DNA of 64,000 nucleotides from an uncultured Gammaproteobacteria bacterium (GTDB lineage Bacteria; Patescibacteriota; Microgenomatia; UBA8517): NCBI GenBank assembly GCA_964431555.1, contig CAYSJW010000015.1, positions 41,573 to 105,572 of the forward strand, read 5' to 3'. Shown piece by piece: positions 58,484 to 64,000 of this stretch (position 1 is its first letter; each line of letters starts with the position of its first letter). The notes under the pieces were generated by a model. It saw only the letters and a program-made list of their open reading frames with translations, ran no database searches and was not told where the DNA came from. The position numbers and the translations under genes were made by a program.

Positions 58484-58548
58484 AGTTGTTAGTGGTTAGT
58501 GGTTAGTTGTTATTTGTTAGTTGTTAGTTGTTAGTGTTAAGGGAAAAA
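58484..58548. repeat. tandem heptanucleotide microsatellite (AGTTGTT/AGTGGTT), about 9 units
   Basis: agttgtt agtggtt agtggtt agttgtt atttgtt agttgtt agttgtt agtgtt, read directly, in the rplK-rplA intergenic region. Confidence 0.7.
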
Positions 58549-58589
58549 TAATTTCGAAATCATAAAGGTCATATTAATAAATAAAATTT

Positions 58590-59420
58590 ATGGGAAAAAC
58601 AAAAACAGTTCTAGTAACAGGCGAAAGCGCTGAAAAAAGCGGTAAATTATCCTATGAGGAAAAAAGGAAAAGAAAACTTGAAGCCTTAAAACAAGAAGAG
58701 CTAAAAAAAGTTAAAGTTGAAGGTTTGGGATTGAAAGGCGGTCAAAGAATAAAGATAGTTAGCGGAGAATTGCCCCCAGAGGAAGAAACTTTAAAAACAA
58801 CCAAAGAAGAAACCCCAAAAATCACTCCCAAAAAAATTAAAAAAAGAAGCAAGAAATATCTTTCGGTTAAATCGCAAATTGACAAAAGTAAATCATATCC
58901 CATAAAAGAAGCCATAGAATTAATCAAAAAAACCTCCTATTCAAAATTCGAGGGAACAATGGAACTTCACCTTGTCGTCAAAAAACAAGGTTTGAGTTTT
59001 AATATCGAACTCCCCCACTCTTTCGGCAAGAGCAAAAAAGTTGAGATAGCAAATGATAAAACAATTGAAAAATTAAAATCGGGAAGGATTGACTTTGATA
59101 TTCTTTTGGCAACTCCTGATATAATGCCCAAACTTATCCCCTTTGCAAAAACTTTAGGTCCAAAAGGCTTAATGCCAAATCCAAAAAACGGGACACTTAT
59201 TAAATCAGAAAAGGAGGCTGAAAAATTCTCTGGAAACTCAATTACAGTTAAAACCGAAAAAGAGCAACCTGTAATTCACACAATTATCGGCAAAGTAAAT
59301 CAGGAGGAAAAAGAATTGGAAGAAAACGCTGAAGCAATTTTAGACACTATTGGTAAAAAACAAATCCTTAAAGCCTACATAAAATCCACCATGAGCCCGT
59401 CTTTAAAACTGGAACTCTAA
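58590..59420 (+). CDS. rplA: 50S ribosomal protein L1 with ~85-aa Lys/Glu-rich N-terminal extension
   Basis: From KKYLSVKSQIDKSKSYPIKEAIELIKK onward it matches the L1 N-terminus. There is no Met at the canonical start, so the extension appears to be translated. Confidence 0.85.
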   Translation: MGKTKTVLVTGESAEKSGKLSYEEKRKRKLEALKQEELKKVKVEGLGLKGGQRIKIVSGELPPEEETLKTTKEETPKITPKKIKKRSKKYLSVKSQIDKSKSYPIKEAIELIKKTSYSKFEGTMELHLVVKKQGLSFNIELPHSFGKSKKVEIANDKTIEKLKSGRIDFDILLATPDIMPKLIPFAKTLGPKGLMPNPKNGTLIKSEKEAEKFSGNSITVKTEKEQPVIHTIIGKVNQEEKELEENAEAILDTIGKKQILKAYIKSTMSPSLKLEL

Positions 59421-61249
59421 TTTCCACCAAAATCATTTTCTCCAAGATCAAGAACCTCTGGTTTAATAACTAATGTCATTCTTCCTTTTTCTCGATCAAG
59501 ATCAACATAACGAACGAAAAACACTACCAAAGCTTCAACCCCATGACTTCTTATCCCAGATTCTGTTTCATACCCAACTGCAAAACCAATATAATTACCC
59601 AATGATTGATCGTTTTTCAATTCTATAGGAATAATACTACCATCATCACCTACACTACTAATTTCTATCAATGGCTGACCGTTCGTATCCAATCCCGAAA
59701 ATGTAATGTCAAAACGTCCAAAATCTAAATCTTCCAATACTGTTGCAGTTGCTGATACATTGATCTGGCCCCAAAACCGATCATTTTCAACATTAATGAG
59801 ATCTTTAAAAGTAGTACCTTTAGGTACTCTCAAATTAGCACTTATTTTTTCCCCATTTTTAATTGGAATCTCAACCCATGGATTCGGTATTTTACTAGCT
59901 TCTAGAAAATCAATAAACGGCAGCATAATATTTCCTGATTCATCACCCATTTTGTACAAATTATCCAAAAATTTGTCTCTTAATCTCAAGGAAGTGAATT
60001 CTGACAAGCTCATATCAGTTGAATGCGTATTCTTTTTTTCTACCCATTCGCCACAATTCTCAGATAAAGTATAAGCTCCAACTCCTGCGGGAGTTGCTAA
60101 TATTACAACAAACCCTATAAAGGGCAGGTAGTTAATTACAGCTTGGCTGGCTTGGCTAGCATTAAATATTGCACGATAAACTTCTTTTGGCATTCGAGTA
60201 TAAATATTTTCAGTATAAGTTAAGATACCAGGATCCTTAACAAACTTCACATTTGGGTATAAATTCCTTAAATATTCCAACGTTTTTGAATTGATCCCTT
60301 CTGGATAATATATTGCATTGATTCTATTATGAGGAATAAATCCAGCGCTTAGAATTGCATTCGGATTATTTTGATTTTTAGTATATACGACCTCAACTTC
60401 CTCCAAAGCATACTCGACCAAAACTGGAGTTCTCATAGAATCTTGTATAATACCCACTTGACTCTTTGTATATACTTTAGTAATTTCATCCCATAAATCA
60501 ACTCTTTGCTTATTAAATTGAATTTGCCATAACAAATTATCATAAAGTACTTTTTGTTCTTGAGTTGCATAACCTCCATCAATAAGAGGTTTAAGTTTTG
60601 CTATTTCACCTTCTAAATCAAGCACTACTTTAGTTGCTAATTTCGGATCCCACAATCTGCCTTTTACTATTTTATTGGCATAATCAACTGCCGTTTGATA
60701 CCCCACACCTAATGGAAGATCCTCACTTCGCTGAGTAGCTACCCATAGTCCACTAGGATTTATATTTCTAGTATTTGCATAATTTGGTATCTTAACATTG
60801 TGCCTGGTAAAAATTCCACCCGGGAATTTTTCAGATATTCTTTCAAAAGACGAAAGCCCTTCAAAATTAGTCACAACTTCTTCGGGGTATCCCAACTCCT
60901 TCAACACCTTTCCACTAATAAGACTCCATACTACCGTTCCATGATGAGAAGGAATTAACCCTCTATTTCGTATTTCTTGTATTGATCTTAAAGCTTCCGG
61001 AGGAATCCCTTCAATGGTTTTAGGCAACTCAGACAAACCACTACCAATGGGGTTCTCGGGTGGTTTAACTCCATTGCACGCCGCAAGGACAGCTGCTCCT
61101 AATGATGTGGCAGCTACTTTTAAAAATTCTCTTCTAGTTACTGGATTTTGAGGGTTTTGACCAGTTGTTTCAAGTTCATTTCCAACAGTTGGAAATTCTT
61201 GATTTGTGTTTACTCGATTCGTGTTTAGTCCTTTTATTTCTTTACTCAT
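59417..61249 (-). CDS. putative Tat-secreted lipoprotein (610 aa), paralog A
   Basis: The N-terminus ...TRREFLKVAATSLGAAVLAAC has a twin-arginine motif (RREFLK), a hydrophobic region and a lipobox-like LAAC. The mature part is unrecognised. Confidence 0.55.
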   Translation of the reverse strand: MSKEIKGLNTNRVNTNQEFPTVGNELETTGQNPQNPVTRREFLKVAATSLGAAVLAACNGVKPPENPIGSGLSELPKTIEGIPPEALRSIQEIRNRGLIPSHHGTVVWSLISGKVLKELGYPEEVVTNFEGLSSFERISEKFPGGIFTRHNVKIPNYANTRNINPSGLWVATQRSEDLPLGVGYQTAVDYANKIVKGRLWDPKLATKVVLDLEGEIAKLKPLIDGGYATQEQKVLYDNLLWQIQFNKQRVDLWDEITKVYTKSQVGIIQDSMRTPVLVEYALEEVEVVYTKNQNNPNAILSAGFIPHNRINAIYYPEGINSKTLEYLRNLYPNVKFVKDPGILTYTENIYTRMPKEVYRAIFNASQASQAVINYLPFIGFVVILATPAGVGAYTLSENCGEWVEKKNTHSTDMSLSEFTSLRLRDKFLDNLYKMGDESGNIMLPFIDFLEASKIPNPWVEIPIKNGEKISANLRVPKGTTFKDLINVENDRFWGQINVSATATVLEDLDFGRFDITFSGLDTNGQPLIEISSVGDDGSIIPIELKNDQSLGNYIGFAVGYETESGIRSHGVEALVVFFVRYVDLDREKGRMTLVIKPEVLDLGENDFGGN

Positions 61250-61435
61250 AATTAACTCATAAAAAAACCTCCTTAGAGTTCAAGAAGGTTTGAAATAAAA
61301 AAATTCAAACCTCCTTATTTTTCAAGGAGGAGAAAATTGCAATTAATTTTGAGATATTTTTCAAAGATAAATAACCTCATAATTAAAAATTAAAAAACTA
61401 TTTGGTATTTTAAATAACTATAAGATATTTGTCAA
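61073..61435 (-). repeat. duplicated 5' expression/secretion cassette, copy 1 (promoter + leader + signal peptide to the lipobox Cys)
   Basis: Near-identical to 62930-63284 except for one ~20-bp divergent patch. Identity ends exactly after the LAAC codons. Confidence 0.8.
61407..61435 (-). promoter_or_regulatory. sigma70-like promoter TTGACA-17 bp-TAAAAT for lipoprotein paralog A (identical copy at 63256-63284 for paralog B)
   Basis: Read on the minus strand: ttgaca aatatcttatagttatt taaaat. It lies about 150 nt upstream of the start codon. Confidence 0.5.
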
Positions 61436-61510
61436 CGACAGATATTCTTAAACAAAATTATTTTACTTACATCACCACATTTTAATATATACTCCACATA
61501 TGATAAAATT

Positions 61511-61792
61511 ATGAAAATGTCTAAAGAAATAAATGCTAAATGCCCCTGGTTGGATGGAAATGGATGTTGTACCAGGCAAGCTTGTGCGCTAGCATCACTA
61601 AAAAGAACTGAAACAAACAAAAACAATCCCCTTCAATTTGATCCAGAATATTTAAATAATATGATAAACCAACTGCCTTCCCAAGCTTATTTAGATGATG
61701 ATGAACAAATTATTTGCCTTGTAGCCGATAATCCAAAATTACAGAAAACATGTTCCGGCTATATAACAATACCCAAAACCAACTCACACTAG
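61511..61792 (+). CDS. hypothetical small Cys-rich protein
   Basis: 93-aa ORF (CPWLDGNGCCTRQAC...) between the two paralog loci. Weak. Confidence 0.3.
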   Translation: MKMSKEINAKCPWLDGNGCCTRQACALASLKRTETNKNNPLQFDPEYLNNMINQLPSQAYLDDDEQIICLVADNPKLQKTCSGYITIPKTNSH

Positions 61793-61992
61793 ACAAATTA
61801 AATAACCAGATATCTTAATATCTTTTATTTCCCAAAAAGTTTCTTTATTGACCTCACAATATACTAATTTCTTGAAACCATCAATATTTCCATAATTCAT
61901 TTCTGCTTGATAAAAAAAGTAATTTAAAAGTAAAAGATTAGAAGTTAATTAACTTGTCCTGCTAACTTTTTAATTAAAAAATCTATAAACTC

Positions 61993-63099
61993 CTATTCTA
62001 TTATTATCACCGGCAAAGTTCTATCCCCTACAGTTTTTGGATCGATATAATAAGAATCGTAAGAACCAAAAGTATTTTTAATTTGATCCAAAGTCATGTG
62101 AATTATTTTTATTTTTTTGCCCAAACAATTTATTAAAGCAAGTTTTCGTGCATATAAATCAAAAGTATACTCTTCTTCGTCCAATACAGATTGCTCTGGT
62201 ATCACAACAACTCTTTTACTTATATCACAAGTATGTTCAATCAAATATCTAATATCAAGTATATTTGGAGCTATTAAAACAGCTTCATCAAACGGTTTTT
62301 TTAACTTAGATGGTTTAATCTCAAAAAGATCAAGTTTATAAAATGCCGCGAATGAAGTTTCCCTTATAGATGGCTCTACTCTACCCTGCAGATTTGGAAG
62401 AGAATCTGGATATTCTTTAAAAGGTACATAGTCTAAATCTACTGCTATTACTGTTCTTCCCTCGCGCAACTGAGATTGCTGCAGTGGGGATAACGTAGAC
62501 GAAGGACCCACATTTAAAACCAACTCTCTTCCATCATCAGAAGTAGCTTCAACCAAACCATATAATGATTCAAGAGCTTGCTCTCTATATCTATTAGGAT
62601 CACTAGAAAGATGAGCAGTCATATCATAGTAAGGAGTATTTTCAGCTTCACCACCAAAAATCTGGACTATTTTTACTGCTGAACTTCCATACTTTCCCCA
62701 CCATTCTGCGGTTCTAACTGCACCCTCTATAGACTCTGGATTAATAAATAATACATATTCTTTTCCCATATTTCTTATTGCTTCATCTGGAGGGGGTGGA
62801 TTTAGTGGATTAAATCCCTGACGGCTACAAAAAGGGTTAGAACTAGAACCTATACCCTCACATAAACCTCTCAATGCTTCTTTAATCTTTTGTTCTAAAT
62901 TATCCTTGCCACCTCCTACATTACACGCCGCAAGGACAGTTCCTGGTCCAAAAAGGAAGGCTACTTTTAAAAATTCTCTTCTAGTAGTTACTGGATTTTG
63001 AGGGTTTTGACTAGTTGTTCCAAGTTCATTTCCAACAGTTGGAAATCCTTGATTTGTGTTTACTCGATTCGTGTTTAGTCCTTTTATTTCTTTACTCAT
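61993..63099 (-). CDS. putative Tat-secreted lipoprotein (368 aa), paralog B
   Basis: The N-terminal 58 aa are nearly identical to paralog A, including TTRREFLKVA...VLAAC. The mature part is unrelated to paralog A. Confidence 0.55.
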   Translation of the reverse strand: MSKEIKGLNTNRVNTNQGFPTVGNELGTTSQNPQNPVTTRREFLKVAFLFGPGTVLAACNVGGGKDNLEQKIKEALRGLCEGIGSSSNPFCSRQGFNPLNPPPPDEAIRNMGKEYVLFINPESIEGAVRTAEWWGKYGSSAVKIVQIFGGEAENTPYYDMTAHLSSDPNRYREQALESLYGLVEATSDDGRELVLNVGPSSTLSPLQQSQLREGRTVIAVDLDYVPFKEYPDSLPNLQGRVEPSIRETSFAAFYKLDLFEIKPSKLKKPFDEAVLIAPNILDIRYLIEHTCDISKRVVVIPEQSVLDEEEYTFDLYARKLALINCLGKKIKIIHMTLDQIKNTFGSYDSYYIDPKTVGDRTLPVIIIE

Positions 63100-63284
63100 A
63101 ATTAACTCATAAAAAAACCTCCTAATTTTAAGGAAGTTTGAAATAAAAAAAATTCAAACCTCCTTATTTTTCAAGGAGGAGAAAATTGCAATTAATTTTG
63201 AGATATTTTTCAAAGATAAATAACCTCATAATTAAAAATTAAAAAACTATTTGGTATTTTAAATAACTATAAGATATTTGTCAA
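62930..63284 (-). repeat. duplicated 5' expression/secretion cassette, copy 2
   Basis: See copy 1. It has the same promoter, leader hairpins, mini-ORF and signal peptide. Confidence 0.8.
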
Positions 63285-63543
63285 ATTTATTTCTAGGAAA
63301 CGGACTCACTACAAATATTCTACAATTATTCTACAATCTCAAATTACACAATAAAGAATAAATATTTCTACCCAATTATTTAATTTTTTCATGATAATAT
63401 AATTTTAAACACTCAAGTCATACAAACACTCTTTCATCAATAATTAAAAATCACTTAATTTTAAACATTTATAATAGTTAAATTAACTATTGAAATAACC
63501 TAAAATATAATAGAAAATACATAATCATAGAATAACAAAAAAT

Positions 63544-64000
63544 ATGGAACTCGGCACAGCAGATGAAATCGCACTTCGAAGAGATGAAGCCACTAAACCA
63601 GAGTCATCTATTGAAAAATTATCTAGATTAAATGAACTATTAAAAGGGGAAGAAGAACTTAAACCAGAAGAACAAAAGGAATGGGTATCTTTGGCAGTGG
63701 ATTTACTAAAAGAACAAAGAGAAAAAAATCCTACACTTAATCAACTAGCAGAATCATTGAATATTCCAAAAAATCTTATTGGAAAGGCAACTGAATTAAC
63801 TCCAGACAAAATTGAAGAACTCCTTACTGAAGGAGTACATCATTCTTTCCGAGATATGTTAAATAACACAAAAGGTACAATTCTTGATCTACTTAGATAT
63901 AGAAAACCCATTTCTTCCTTATTATCTGAAAGCTTTATTACTCCAGAAGGTGGTATTTTACCAACAAAAACTTCCCTATACGATTCTAATCCTCAAAGAA
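63544..64000 (+). CDS. hypothetical protein, 5' partial view (runs off the window end)
   Basis: An open frame from ATG 63544 reaches the window end without a stop (MELGTADEIALRRDE...). No family recognised. Confidence 0.35.
   Translation, partial: MELGTADEIALRRDEATKPESSIEKLSRLNELLKGEEELKPEEQKEWVSLAVDLLKEQREKNPTLNQLAESLNIPKNLIGKATELTPDKIEELLTEGVHHSFRDMLNNTKGTILDLLRYRKPISSLLSESFITPEGGILPTKTSLYDSNPQR

Noticed and set aside
61288-61312. Hairpin ggtttgaa-N9-ttcaaacc in the lipoprotein leader shares the ggtttgaacc word with the 45-bp REP-like element.
   Set aside because: The shared string is only 8 nt and the rest of the element (palindrome + ATTAG) is absent. I treat it as coincidental and part of the leader structure instead.
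1-64000. CRISPR arrays, rRNA genes, and prophage or integrase modules near the tRNAs.
   Set aside because: No spaced direct-repeat arrays, no rRNA-like conserved stretches, and no integrase, recombinase or phage structural genes were seen next to any tRNA in this window.

Overview
This is an AT-rich (roughly one-third GC), gene-dense window of mostly short housekeeping genes. Gene content and reduced pathways suggest a small-genome bacterium, possibly Candidate Phyla Radiation/Patescibacteria-like, but that assignment is inference. I support about 75 CDS, four tRNAs, one ribosomal protein gene missed by the ORF track because it is under 60 aa, and no rRNA or CRISPR.

Recognisable content by region:
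- 2.6-7.8 kb: a folate/dTMP module arranged divergently (folD, glyA, tmk | thyA, folA, MazG-like).
- 7.8-13.8 kb: topA, dprA, a PBP2 transpeptidase and mreB.
- 13.8-23.1 kb: an O-antigen-ligase-like protein with TPR repeats, def-fmt, rpmB, an M50 protease, two tRNAs, queA, CapA, then tRNA-Thr, rpmG and tRNA-Trp.
- 27.5-30.3 kb: an ArsR regulator, a Met/Gly-rich periplasmic protein, and a histidine kinase / OmpR-type response regulator pair.
- 33.8-45.4 kb: cysS, recR-ybaB-dnaX, ybeY, a YqeY protein, HIT, YvcK, proS, rseP, frr, tsf and rpsB.
- 47.8-48.9 kb: a P-loop kinase and dCMP deaminase.
- 52.4-59.4 kb: rpsU, rnhB, secE-nusG and rplK-rplA.

The most interesting signals, in order:
1. An IS200-like / REP-associated tyrosine transposase (RAYT) gene flanked by direct copies of a 15-bp 7-1-7 palindrome followed by GATTAG. 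Related palindrome + (G)ATTAG elements occur at six other places, including a 45-bp element present as an inverted pair about 22 kb apart and a copy that provides the tmk stop codon.
2. This RAYT sits in a 3.9-kb insertion that breaks the otherwise conserved secE-nusG-rplK-rplA cluster.
3. Two unrelated putative lipoproteins with twin-arginine (Tat) signal peptides share a near-identical ~360-bp 5' cassette (sigma70-like promoter, structured leader, tiny upstream ORF, signal peptide up to the lipobox Cys). This resembles variable surface lipoprotein families.
4. A GC-rich ~190-nt segment upstream of two tRNAs looks like a structured ncRNA.
5. A 7-mer microsatellite lies between rplK and rplA.
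6. An envelope/metal-stress-like signalling module.
7. A surface protein with an unusual C-terminal LPDAG + hydrophobic tail.
8. A large protein carrying a C-terminal type IV pilin-like domain.
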